Shown here: piece by piece, positions 23,770 to 37,600 of the stretch
Numbering within the stretch: the stretch's first letter is position 1
How the letters are laid out: each line of letters starts with the position of its first letter
Source: Mytilus edulis
Taxonomy: Eukaryota
Assembly (NCBI RefSeq): GCF_963676685.1
Contig: NC_092346.1
Location: forward strand, 68,510,001 to 68,574,000
Length of the DNA: 64,000 bases
Direction: 5' to 3'
Position numbers and translations under genes: made by a program
Notes under the pieces: model-generated
Seen by the model: the letters and a program-made list of their open reading frames with translations, nothing else
Told to the model about the DNA's origin: nothing
Database searches by the model: none

Positions 23770-26700
23770 TCACTTTCCCCCATATTTTGCCAGTATTGAT
23801 TCTATTTCAATTTCTGCTGTCTTGTCCTTAAAAGAAATACACATCAATCAATGACATAGTAATTATATTTAACACTATAAAGTATGTAAGGATTTCTTAT
23901 TAACCTATACTATATTAATGAAACAAGGAACTTACACCTTTTGTATTTAAGAAGTAAAATTTGTGACCTGTAAGTATTTTTCAGGAAGCAAATAATAGAA
24001 CAACACTTATTACCAATAACCACCATTATCATCCATCAGCAACCACAATAAACATACTTAATTCAATAAAGTTAATTTTTTAAATTTCAGCTTTCTGACT
24101 GAAAGTTCATTTTTAGATTTTAATCATGGATGTATGTTTTCACACCACTTTAGTCTCAGAAGTATAAAGGTATAAACTGTACTACATGCTTGGGTCACAG
24201 TAATGCTGAACATAATGACATAACCATAACATAGATACAGGGAGATGTGGTGTCAGTGCCAATGAGACAACTCTCCATCCAAATAACAGTTCATAAAAGT
24301 AAACCATTATAGGTCAATGTACGGCCTTCAACATGGAGCCTTGGCTCACACCGAACAACAACCTATAAAGGGCCCCAAAATTACTAGTGTAAAACCATTC
24401 AAAGGGAAAACCAACGGTCTAATCTATATAAAAAACGAGAAACATGTATAAATTACATAAACAAACGACAACTACTGTACATGTATGAAGACATTAACCC
24501 ACTTTAAAGGTCAAGGCCATAGTACAAAGTAATAATAAACATTCTTTAGTATCCACAGAAATTCAAATAATGATGTGTACATACAAAATAATTAACTTCA
24601 TAACGACAAGTGTTAAACTTACATCTTGACTAACTACAGGCAGAAGACTGGCTTTTTCTAACCATTCTACAGCTTCAGGGTACTTTCCTAGTTCTACATA
24701 ACACTGAAAAGTAAACAAAAGTCGGCTGTAATCACTCTTATTACTAAACTAGATATTGACCCCCTCCTTTTAAATTTTGATGCAGGGGCACAATTGAAAA
24801 GAATAACATAAATACTGAACTCGTAAGCAAATTTAAAAAGGGAAAGTCCATAAAAACTGACCATAGTTTTGTTGTGTTTCCTTGAGTTGTGGTTTTCAAC
24901 TGCAGATTCATAAATTTCTATGTATACCAATTTTTTAAGATTGAGAAAAAAAATAATGGCATTTTCATGTATACATGTATTCATGGTTTTGCCACATTCT
25001 GAATACAAGCTTACAGAAACTTACTTGGTTGAATATTTAAATTCCTGATTTACCTCTTCCCACAAATATTTTTATTCTACAAATCAAAGTGATTTCAAAG
25101 TGCGTTATATATTGCAACTTTATATCTGACTGTGAAATTCATTTTTTATCAGATTTGCCACTAAGGAATATTGTATTTTCTTAACAATTTTGAACGTTCA
25201 TAGCAGATGCTAACCTTTCCAATGTATAATAAGTTTTCTTTCCATACTCCTGGGTTGAGCCTGTCTGCCTGCAATAAAAATTGTATATATTTAATCCCCT
25301 TTAAAACATTTATGTGTATACTGACCTAACATTAACATAAGAAACTAGGTATCAACAAGTCATAGTTTTGTTAAAAGCTAAAGAATTGATGCTGTTTTTT
25401 TAATACCAAAACATTCAGATCTGTTTTACAAAAATAAAAACTCCATTATTATTTTTGAAAACATAATATGTATAGAGGATTGCGTGAAATCATAAAAAAA
25501 AATAATCTTACATTTATATATGTTGTTCAACAATTGCACTAAAATAAAAACAAACAAAAATCTGGATGTACAGCTGTATTTCAAAGTTTTTATTTAATCA
25601 AAGTTGATTCTTCAGGGTCAGTAAACAAAAGCAGGAAAAATGGAGGTCATTATGAATGCATTTTGTTGAATTTTACCTATCTTTTAAATTAAATACTTTG
25701 GAATATAAATTTTGACAAGTGATAAATTTTTGGTGTTGATAAGTAAAACTTAAACAAAACTTATATCAGCAATCAAAATTTTAAATAAACCTCAATGATA
25801 GCTGATGAAATTTATAACCTTGAGGTATAATAATTCTTATAACCCAAAGATAGAAAAGATATGATTCAGTTGGGTTTTGAATTCCTAAATGTAAACTACA
25901 GATATTAGAAAAATTCAACCAACATGCAATGAATTAATTAACATTGTCAAACCTGATGCCATAATATTGAAAATTTTAAATTTATCAACAACGAAAATAA
26001 TGCCACACTCAAATAATGCTCAATCCTAAATTACTGAGTATAAATTAAGCATTCTTATTCTAACAAAATAGTGAATCAAAATAATTTGACAGGACATTAC
26101 CTCTAAAAAGTGTGTTAAAGCTTCACCAGCTGTTGAGGTAGGTGGTGTAGCAAATAGTGTAGCTGCTGCCTTCCTCTCTAACCAAGATAACATATATACC
26201 TACAATCAAATGTAAACGGTAAGTATCCTTGTCTCATGGGTTTAAGTGCTATTAAGAATGCATTGTGACGTCACAATTTTCATTGAAAAAGCATGCATAG
26301 GATGAATTCATATGACGTTCAAAAACATAAGATCTGACCATATATAATTAAGTCACAATTGCCTTCTCTTCAACACTTTCATTAAATTACATAATCAAAA
26401 GTATAAAACAAAAGCATCAAAATTATCCTCTCAAGTAAAAAGATTTTACAGAATTACCTACTATAAAGATTCATAATAACATAGAAACAATTACCACCTT
26501 TTAATTTTAGTTGTCTATAAATACAGTCCCAATTGTTAACAGTGTGTAAAGTAAAGGGAAGAAACTACACTGTCCAAAATTGGGGTAATCTTTTTTAAGG
26601 TGAAGTAGTGATTTGGTTCAGTTGAAAAAGGTAAATCGAATTAGTATGTCTGAAGCTTTCAAACTGAATTGAAGACAACCTCAACATAAAACTGTCCATA

Positions 26701-29700
26701 TTTTTGGTTAGATTTGAAAAAGCTTTCTTTAATTTTAGTACAAATTTTCCTAACAGTGGTACACTTCACTTCGAAATATGATCTGAAAAGTGCAGGTTGA
26801 TTTTTTTGAATTTACATTTATTGTTTAAAAAATATATGCTACCCATTACATATTTAAAATTGTATTAAATTGTATTGGGCCATATGTCCTGTGCCAGATG
26901 TTCATTTGTCAAAACAAGAGGCATTTCTCTTTCTCTCTATTTTAAAGAAAAAGTATTAGTTACAAAAACAAGATGTAGCACATGCAAGCTAAAAAGTGAG
27001 ATAATATTTATTATAAGTAGCTATTTTACTATTTATTTATTTTAGCTATTTCATTATCAACTATCAACTATAACTTACACCATAGCACCATCTTCCTAGT
27101 AAATGATGATTAGATGGGTCCTTTTTGTTGAGTTCTATGGCTTTCTCTATATGTTCCTACAAAAAGTACAATATATATATCCATCAGTTACAATAATTTC
27201 AACAAATATTGTGATTGTTATAAGATACACATTCACTAAGATAAACAAAATATTTTTGAGACACCAAAAAAACGTGTTATAAATGTACTACCAAAAGTAC
27301 AATATTTTTTCATTATGAACTATTGGCACATTTAGACTCTTCTTTTAATTATGTCCTTAAGTCATACAACCCTTAATGACCATATATATGCAAGAAAATT
27401 TCACAAGTAGAAACCAAGAATGTTGATGCTTTTAGGTTTACTTGAAAGGAGACTCAAAAAAAATCTATTTCTATTTCTATTTAGATTCCTCCACTAGCTT
27501 ACCTTAAATGTATAACCATTCTTTATCTTGTTCTGTGTTCCTTCGTAGTCACCAATACTTCCTAATGTTATGGAATACCTTAATAAAACAAAACAAACTG
27601 GTGTCAGATTGGAAAGGGAAATTATAATTCATAAACATGTTTCAAACTAATCCTTTATTAAATGGTCCTGGTGATGGTTCTTATTTGATTTGATTTTTTT
27701 TTAAAGTTGGCCTTACAATGTAAATACACACTTTTCATGTTGTTAATCTTAATATGGTAAAACTCAAACTATCTCCACAGTAAGCTAAAGCGACCACATG
27801 CATTTAGTACAGATACAAACCAAGTAACCTTTAAGGATTTCTGTGCATAATAAAATTTTTATAATTCAACACAGCACTGTTCATCTAAACTTTAAATAAT
27901 GTCAGTATGGAAGTTAACCCATGCTTTGATAATAGATAGATATAATTTGCTGCCAATAAGTGCTGTTGCCACTAGAAAAAAACTTAGCAATCTAGAGGCA
28001 TTTAGCAAATCCTTAGAACCAAACAAGTGTAACAGACCAAAGCACATCTGGTTTTCCCTGGGTACCACACAATATAAGCAATTTACCATTATTGACTGCT
28101 GTACTTACATATACTCTACTCCCAGTAGGATATAATGCCACAAAAAATACTGTAGATGTGAAGACATTTTCATATCCCTTGGTCTTTGTAGATATTTGTC
28201 TCCTCAGCAATCAAGCCGAAAGTTCTTGAGTAAATGTATTTTTTTAATGCCAAAAAATATGAAATAATCAATGTTTAAATCTTTGAATTGTTTTACATTT
28301 TTCATTTGGAGCCTTTTACAGCTGACTATGGGGTAGGGGTTTTGCTCATTGTTTAAGGCTGTATGATGACCTATAGTAAAAAATTAGTTGTTAATTTCTG
28401 TTTCATTTGGTCTCTTGTGGAGAGTTGTCTCATTGGCAATCATACCACATATACCACATTTTCTTTTAATAGAGATAAATTCCCCCCCCAAAAAAAAATT
28501 CTGAATTTTCAGTATCAGATATATTTGAAATGAAACCCTATGTTATAAATTACCATTTGTGTGAATTAGCTGATTTCTGATTGAGATGTAAGGCCCTTTC
28601 AGCTGTGTCTTTGGCTGAGTAAAGCATTTCTTTTTTCTTTTCAACATTTCCTTTCCCTCCTTCTATCTGTGCTAACTGATATGTACACTTGGCTAATCTC
28701 CAATGGAAATCAGCATCAGTTGAATACTAAAAAAATATATATGATTGGTTGTATATTTTTTTATGTTTTTCAGACTTTACCAACATCAATTTCAATAATT
28801 ATACTTTGAAAAAAAGACCCTTATTGCAATGTTTTAAAACCTGACAGGTGTCATAATTGACCCTCTGAATGTTTTTTTCTTGGTATCAAAAGTTATTTCT
28901 TAAGGGAACTGATTGGCATACCCACTTTTTTGTTCTTTCTGATGGGTCTTTTCTTGTTTTTATTTGTAAATATGTGAGAAAAAAAAAGAGGGATGACAGA
29001 TATTAAATGGAATAGCCCAATGCCCCACAGTTGTCATGTAGCACATGGAAGAAAATATTGTATTTTTATTTTATTTTCTTCCTTTCTTGAATAAAATAAG
29101 TTGTTAATTGTTATTGAAAACTAAATATCATTGTAATGTGGAAAGGATAATAATGTGCATTACCATACTTTAATTTTGTTCTACACGTCTAAATATGTGA
29201 CAAATTGTAAATGTATAAATTTGAAATATATGGGACCATAATGTTTCCACTTTTACACATACAAATACCTTAGTTTTGTTGTTTTGAAGAAGTTCATATG
29301 CTTTTAATTTTTCTGTTTCTCCCCCATCTATGAATGTATCAATCTCTTTATACAGGGCAGTGACATCAGCACTTTGTTCAACTTTTACTATATCTTCAGT
29401 ATCAGAATCACCTTCTGTTGGAGTTTCAAATTCACTGGAGCTAAAATATAAAACAAATATTTATATATTCCTCTGTCATGACTGTTAAAATGTTGTTTTT
29501 TTAAATCTAAAAGAAGATAAACTACCTCAGCTCTAAATAGCCTGTGTCACTCAAATTGGTCTGCATGCATAATCAACAAAGGACACTCTCCAACATTGAA
29601 GACAAGAATAGAATTCATTACAATAATCTGTTTTGATAATCTTGTAATGCAGTTCATTTAGTTTGTTTAGTATCTCTTTATCTTCAATAGTATCCGTAAA

Positions 29701-31274
29701 AACACTAAAGAAGGCAAAATAAATCCTCATATAAGGGCAATTACTCCTATAAAAAGTGAAAATCTAAATGTACATTTGTTCTAACTATATCAGAAAAATT
29801 TGACTTGTTAGTCATGTTAGTAGATCTTGCCTGGCTGGTCATTTTTGAAATTTAAAGTGTGTATTTATTTTCTTTAATTTTTCTCCTGCAAGGCAAAATG
29901 CAAAAAAATAATGGTAAAAATTGTCATTAAAGGGCAATAAATCCAATAAGGAGTCGTCAGAAGATTTCCTCCATATCGTCTTAATTGTAGATCTTGTTTT
30001 GTTGATCATTTTTTATTCTTTAAGTTTCTATCTATCTATTACGTTGTATAAATAAATAAATTTTGAAACATAGCGTTAAAGGCAAAATTGCAAAATATAT
30101 GTAAAAATTGTAATCGAATGGAAATAACTCTAACATGGAGTCGACTCACAATTTCAACCATGAAGACTACTCTGTAGAAAATGTCTTGCTGATTAGTTTT
30201 GCAATTTAAATTTTCTCTCTATCTATTATAATTTTTCAGATAATAGGCTTAAATGAAAGAAGATGGTAAAATTTTTCATATAAGGGCAATAAATCCTACA
30301 AGATTTCGTCTGACAGTTTTGACATAGATGGACAATTGGTAGAGCTCAACATTTCGAATATTTCTGTCCACGTCAGATTTTTTTCAATTTGACAAATTGT
30401 TAAAATCTGACGTGGAACTGAAAACCCACAGTAAGTTAGAGAGGAATTCTATCAAGATAAATGGGTGTGAGAGTCATAATGGTATGATGACTCTAGAGGT
30501 AGGGGAAGTGTGATGGGATTGCTTCCCTTAGAGAATGTGGTAGTAAGTCAGCCGTAAGCGGTTGAGGATGTTCTTTAGCTCAGTCGGTTAACACTCTGTC
30601 TCGTTAAACAGAGGTCCCAGATTTGAGTCCCAGTGGAGACATATATGATTTTGTATGTAGAATCATTCTCTCCGGTTACATACATATAATACTTATTTCC
30701 CCCTTTATCATGTATATAACCCTGAGCTGCGTCAGATAGAAATCGACCTTATGCAAGTGCATGTACACATATACATATCTAAGACTTTGATCGATTTTGG
30801 AATAACTAAGATATAAAAGCTGCATTTTGGTCTGTTCAAAAGGGTTGTCTTCTTATGAAAACCTACTTTTGAACAATTACAGACTTTCCGTAGAAATGAT
30901 TTTAACCCAAAATAGGTTAACAGAGGTATTGATTTTCGTTTGCATAAGGTCGATTTCTATCCGACGCAGCTCACCCTCATAAAATCGTACCCTCCTAGAG
31001 CATCTTCATAATTGTCAGTTTCATCACCACTACTTGCACTGATCACTGAATAGTATCCAGATCGCTTTTTTCTCCATTTTGACTTTCCTTCAAGTTTTTC
31101 ATTAAGAATACTGATTTCTGCTTTCAAAGTTTCTATTGACGACGACAGTCTATGGATTTCTCTCAAGAAAGCGCTCGTTAGTTTGAAATAAAGAATGGTT
31201 CCTCCTACACCAACACATAAACCTGTACCTAGCACCATCATGAGGTTGGAATTATACTTAAAAAAGGTTGACAT
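23770..31274 (-). CDS. RMDN3: Regulator of microtubule dynamics protein, RMDN3/PTPIP51-like (357 aa). Exons 31274-30991, 29440-29269, 28726-28554, 27578-27503, 27156-27079, 26199-26101, 25268-25215, 24703-24623, 23826-23770
   Basis: Nine GT-AG exons splice into a 1074-nt ORF. It has an N-terminal TM helix ([17 protein letters not shown]), a coiled coil, an acidic linker, and an RMD TPR domain ([67 protein letters not shown]). The TM plus coiled coil marks the RMDN2/3 type rather than RMDN1. Confidence 0.92.
30570..30641 (+). pseudogene. Degenerate tRNA-like sequence (tRNA pseudogene or SINE head)
   Basis: A box TAGCTCAGTCGG, anticodon-like stem CTCTGT/ACAGAG, degenerate B box GATTTGAGTCC; the acceptor stem is imperfect. 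Confidence 0.5.
30724..30972. mobile_element. MITE (GAG..CTC termini, Sola-like) with 5-bp TSD ACCCT
   Basis: 33-bp TIR GAGCTGCGTC(A/G)GATAGAAATCGACCTTATGCAA; ACCCT at 30719-30723 and 30973-30977. Confidence 0.85.
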
Positions 31275-31611
31275 TGTGTTTATTTTTATATTTTAAGTAT
31301 TTTTTTTAGTTAAAAAAAAATCGAAACTTGTGAGGGAGGAAAACCGGAAGTTTAAAACAATTTGGATGAAAACCAACGACGGTCCTAATTCCAAAAACAA
31401 AATATACAGAAAACAAACTGTATTCATTATTTTAAGACTTTTAAATTCAAAAACTCAAATAACCCTACTATAAGGTTTTAAGAAGTTTGAAATAACTTGG
31501 ATTAAAATTACACCAGTAAAAGTTGAAATATCTGAGTTGTTGCAAATCCTTGTGACAAGGGAGACAACTAGGACCAGCAACAGATTTTGACATTTAGATC
31601 TTCTCTTTGCA
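31275..31611. promoter_or_regulatory. Putative bidirectional promoter for RMDN3 and GCHFR, with an ETS/GABP-type site ACCGGAAGT at 31343-31351
   Basis: Only 337 bp separate two divergent start codons, and a perfect ETS consensus is present. Confidence 0.65.
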
Positions 31612-34600
31612 ATGCCATATATTATCATCAGTACACAAATACGGCTGGTAATCTTTTAAAACATACTTATTTCAATCATTCACTTCACAAAAATATTGAA
31701 GCAAGATATTAGAGGATGAAATCCATTTTGGTAGTCAGTCAGATATTACTATTATTAGTCCAAATATCGTCGTGTCATATGTTTTCGTATGTCATATGTT
31801 TTCGTATCAACCACATTTCGTCGGTTTCGACTGCATACGCGTACATTGTGGCATGTTTTTCTGTTTCTATATTTAGAACAACAACACCACTACAACTTGA
31901 TATATTTAAAACATATTCAACGTCGCTTTTTAAAGACGTTAGAACAAATTAAATAAAACTGACCTATTTAGCCATTTTTATTTAATGTCAAAATAAAGCA
32001 TCACTAGAATAGTTGTGGAAAAAAAATCTGAAGGGTTAAAATAAAGTCCAGATATGTTTTTTGCAAGTCAGACACCGGATCTTCAAGACATATGACTGTC
32101 ATGTGTTTTTTTGGCCGTTTTAATTACAAACCATCGAGTTAAAATTAGCAGGGTTCTTATATAAAATGGTTGTTCAAAATCCAACTATTCAATATTTCAT
32201 TGACAATTTTTTTTTATACATCCTTGATACATGAAGATGAAAACAGTCTTAACTTTTTATATTTAATCATAAATTTTGAAAACTGCATTTTATTTTAGAA
32301 AAAATAATGTATTTTGTACAAACCAGGTGCCAATCTGAAAATTAATCAAAATCTAAAAATTTCATCACACGAAACACCAACCTTACACTATTTACTAGTA
32401 ATTTTTAGTACTGAAAAGTATTTAATAACTTTTTTTATGATTCAAGCGATCACCAGAACCACGACTTTAGAAAAAATTTATTTCCGGATTTTGTAGTCAT
32501 TTCCTGTCCGTGTACTGATCCAATTTTTATTTCATACGAAAACATATGACGCCGTTTTTTTTGACATACAAAAATCGCAAAGTAATCGGAAACAGTAAAA
32601 AATCGTAGAAATCATTGACAAAAAAACTAGATACCTAAAATCAATCTACAGGACATGCTTTTTAAATCTGAGTAAACACCTAAATAAAAACTCAACAGTA
32701 AAAACCGTAAGCAGTGAAAATTGTTATTAGTACGAAAACACATTACACGATGATAATTATGACGTCTTGAAAGACTTTGATATTTTTTTTCTTTGACGCC
32801 TTACTTCGAAGTAAGGCTTTCGAAGTAAGGCGTCAAAGAAAAAAAATATCAAAGCCTTTTAAGACGTCATAATTATTTGGACTAGTCAGATATATGACTC
32901 TATAGCACGCCTGGTAAACCATCTAATCTCAACCAAATGGTTGAGACGGGTTGAGACGGAAAAAAAGTATTCTGGCACTTCCTGTTGAGCTTTTCTGGTT
33001 CAAAATATTCAAAATAAACACAGGGTAGGTCGAATTTTCGTCGATTTACTGAAAATCAATGATTTTTTTGTAAAATCGGAGAATGTCATGCCATAGATAA
33101 ATGATAATTGTAACTTATATGTCTCTTCTGGGTTTAAAATATTTTAAATTGAAGTCACAATCACTTTTCTCCCACGGATTATAATGTTTACATTCTTTAA
33201 ATCCGATAGAACTGCTATGCTATTAATGACTTAGCAAGAAAATATGTCAATTATTTGTGTTTTTTTTAGGCTTTCCAATACCACGTCTGTAAATAGCACA
33301 AATATTTGTTTGTCAAGCATACTCTGAGCAGAAAAATAAAAAAATATAAATGGTTGAGATATAAAGGTAGTGGTTGAGTCTTTCTGTCACAATGTTGAGA
33401 CTTTCTGGTTGCGTTGTACTATTCGAGTTTACCTTTTATTACGGTTAACCTGATTCATGTTTTCTGTCTGTGGTAACATAAAATCTAAATACAGATACAA
33501 TTTTAAGCATGGCCGATAGAAAAATGCATGCCTTACAAATATAAATAAGATTATTTCACAATGGTTATATTTATTAATATGACTTGGATGAATTCGATTC
33601 CTAAGACATTATTTAATGCCGAAAATGCGTACATTTATAAAGAAATAAAATAGTTAAAAACTAAACAATCGAACAGGACCCCTTTTCTAGGTTTATTTTT
33701 TCGTACACATTATTTCAGGTGGTGATAATTTAAATGTGAGTAAAAGATGTCATTTTTGTCATTATAATACTTACCACAAAAAAAATATGATTCGATTTTA
33801 AAATTAGTTTGTAAGTATTATAAGTGACGTTCAACTTAGTGTAATCACAGGTGTTGTATTGAAATAATTAAAACTTAGATGTTTGTTCACAACTGCATTC
33901 AGGGCACATCCTTAATATTTGGTAGTATTCAGCAACATTTATATTATAACCATGTGTTATTACAGATACTTTCATGAGTTGTCTTCTCTTTAATCCTTAA
34001 ATTTACTAAATCTGTAATAACATATGTTTATTTGTAAAATAAATCATAAATATTTTAATTTTTAGTGGGCTCTAGGTAGTCCAAATAATTATGACATCTT
34101 GAAAGGCTATTATAATTTTTTTCTTTGACGCCTTACTTCGACGTGTCAAAGAAAAAAATATAATAGCCTTTCAAGACGTCATAATTATTTGGACTGGGCT
34201 CTAGGGAACTCTTGAAACTTTGCGCAGAAACAAAATGCATTAGCCTTGATAACTAATTTTTGATTTAGATTAATACATTTTTCATTAACCATGGTAAATC
34301 AATGAGATGAGTCTTTTAAGTGATTAACTTAGCTGTAATAACAAGGCTTAGTTATTAAAGGCATGTAACTTATTATATGAGACACTTGGGAATTACTAGT
34401 CCGGCGGCTACAAGCATATTTCAGACGCATTGTGCACATCCTGTTACAAGCATGAAATTTGGCATAGACCTTCCTCAACTATTACTCTTTTATTTCAGAT
34501 AGGGAGGCATTTGAAAAAAATGTCTCACTTCCGGTAAAATCCAAAATGGCGGACGTCATACTTAAATCAGCCCAATATCGAAGGCTAGCGTGTAAAAATG

Positions 34601-37600
34601 TGTTATTATCATGCTACTATCATAATATTTGGTACAGACCTTTGTTTTTTACTACTTTTGGATAAATTAAATAGATTAGATGTCTTCAGAAACCCCACTT
34701 TCGGTTAAAATCCAATATGGCTGACATTGTACTTAAATAAGCTTATTTTTTAGGGAGGGTAACTGAAATGTGTTTTAACGTATTGCTACTATCATTACAT
34801 TGTGTATGAACCTTTCTTTGGTGTTTCTGATGGATACAATGCATAAGACATATGTCTTAAAAACCCTTTCTTCCGGGTATATCCAAAATGGCGGACAGAG
34901 AAATATCAATTTTTTATTCAAATTTTCATTTTTTTCAAAATGTAAAGAAATGATTTTATTTTGTGCTGGTCATTAAACTTTTGGCTTAAAGTTATCCTCA
35001 AAACCACTTATTCTAGCATGTTGTAAATATTTAGATATAAAGTTGACACTTCCGGTTAAAAATATGACGTAAATTTCAAAGATGAGTCCTCAATCTATTT
35101 CTTCGATTTAGAGTTTTGGATAGATTGATTAAAACAAAATAAAATCACTATAGTACTAAAAATTATTTAAAATTATTACTATTTGGCCAAGAATACATGT
35201 TTATTCACAGTCACCATGACATGCACACATCGCAGTGCACGGGATACCCGATTTTCCACATTAAAAATGACCGCGGAATCCTTTCTTACATCCACAATGT
35301 ATAAGCTTTTGACAAAATGATGAGGCCTCAAAAAGAGTTTTTCAAAAGTTATCCTCTTTGTCCCTGCCTGGAGTGGGTAGCATAAGAGCCAATCCCAAGC
35401 TCGTCTCCCTAAACACCTGTCTAAGTATATTGCATTATTTACATGCTGGAAAAGACTAGACCAAGTTGAGGGAATAGCCTCGGAAAGCCGTCCCTGTTGC
35501 GCACATAGTTATTTTCTTGCTTCGTTAACCATGTTATACCCATCTGCTAAGTTTGTGCGATCTTACAGTAAAACCCCGGTGATTTAGTCTGATTAATCAT
35601 CATTCTTTTTGTTAAAGTCACATCTTCAAATGCAATCAATGTCTCCCACATAGTTTTTTCCCCCCTTTCAAGCAAAGAGAGAACCATATCACAACTTGTA
35701 AAGACATGGATAACAATAAGTGTTTCAGATCACCCAGATCACTCATTGCCTAGTGCATTTGAAAGGCCATTGATAGATATTAATCTAAAGTCTTTTGCCC
35801 TCCCAAACACAACGTCTACCCCTATGTCACGGAATAGCGAAACAGTATTGACAACATCATCATTAACGACTGTTCGAATCATGACTCGTTTAAGTGCGTG
35901 TTTCACTGCATCAGACACATGCACCATGATTTTAGTGTCTGCCTCTAAATGTGAACTTGGTGCTGAACTTGAAATACATTACGTGGTGGATAAGATAGAA
36001 TATCCTGACCATTTGTTGCTATAACTACCATACGCATCCAAGACTTCATCCACTCGTATTTCAGTTTCAAGGTATTTTATTTAGGTAAGGACATAATACC
36101 CAATCAGCATACTCAGTAGGCCGCAATTCACAATCGGAGAGCTGATTTCCAACATTTACAAAGACTGTGATATTGTTTCTCACATCTTAATAAATTCTGC
36201 AAAAACACATATTTTCTTGCCTTGTTAACCTAATCTGTTTTTTTTTTTTTATCTTCCAACAAAACCACGTATCGTTTTCAATGACATTAAACATGAAATC
36301 CATATGGTGATGTTGGCTGGTCAATCATCATTCTAAATGCTATAGTCACATCTTCAAACTCCATTAATGTCACCAACGCAGTTCCTTTTCCAGCGAACGT
36401 GTTATCTTTTAATGCCTAGTGCATTTGAAAGGTCATTGATTGATATATATCTTATACTTTTCCCCTTCTAAATGCAAACCAAAGTTTGTCTGCCCTATGT
36501 CACGGAATAGCGAAACAGCAATGACATCAGTATCGACTGTTTGAGTCATGACTCAGTTAAGTCTATGTTTCACTGCATCAGACACATCCATCTTGATTCT
36601 AGTGTCAGTCTCTTCGTGTAAACATGGTGCTAAACTTGAAACATCATCAAGTGGTGGATAACACTAAACATCCTGAGCATTTGTTGCTTCAACTACCTTG
36701 TACTCAAAATTGTATTGAGCAAGCTCCTGTGAATGAAAACTTAAAAGTTCTTTCTTACTGTCGTCATCTCTCAGAAAACTTTCCCATCTTTGAGGATGTT
36801 TTTAATCCTGGGTTCGTCTGTGTATTCCCTTTCCCCTAAATGTTACCCTTGCTTCTTTTAGCAGCTTTAAAACTACCAGTATTTCGCTATTCCGTAACAA
36901 AGGGGCAGACGAACTATTGATTGTATTTGGGGAGGCAAAAATCTTTGGATTAATATCTATCAATGGCCTTTCAAATGCACTAGGCAATGAGTGATCACAC
37001 ACATTTATTTCTGACCAATACCTTATGACGGGTTGTGATACTGTTCTCTCTTTGCTTGAAAAGGAAAAAAAAGACTGCGTGGGAGACATTAATGGTATTT
37101 GAAGATGTGAATTTAACATAAAGAATGATGATTGACCAGCCTAAATCACCGGGGTTGTACTGTACAAACTTATCAGATCTAACATGATTAACGAACCAAG
37201 AAAGTCAATTTTTGCACAAAAGGGAAATCTCATTTTAAGTGAGGCTATTCCCACGACTTGTTCTAGTCTTTTCAAGCATGTAAAACGTGTAATATACTAA
37301 TGCAGGTGTTTAGTGAGACGAGCTTTGGATTGACTCTTATGCTACCTATAGTCTTGTCACTAATGGATTGCGAAGGGACAAAGAGGGTCCCTTTAAAAAA
37401 AACTCTTTCTGAGACCTCATCATTTTTTCAGAAGCTTGTACATTATGGATGTAAGAAAGGATGCCGCGGTTATTTTTAATGTGTAAAATCGGGTCTCCCG
37501 TGCACTGCCTTGTGTGCATGTGGTGGTGATTGTGAATAAGCATGTATTCTTGGCCAAATAGAAGTAGTTTTAAATATTTTTTAGTACTATAGTGATTTTA

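Noticed and set aside
30957-31274. 105-aa single-exon ORF as a standalone gene
   Set aside because: It is exon 1 of the RMDN gene read through the donor into a MITE.
35739-37543. ORFs inside the inverted repeat as host genes
   Set aside because: They are fragments or antisense frames of a decayed Academ transposase.
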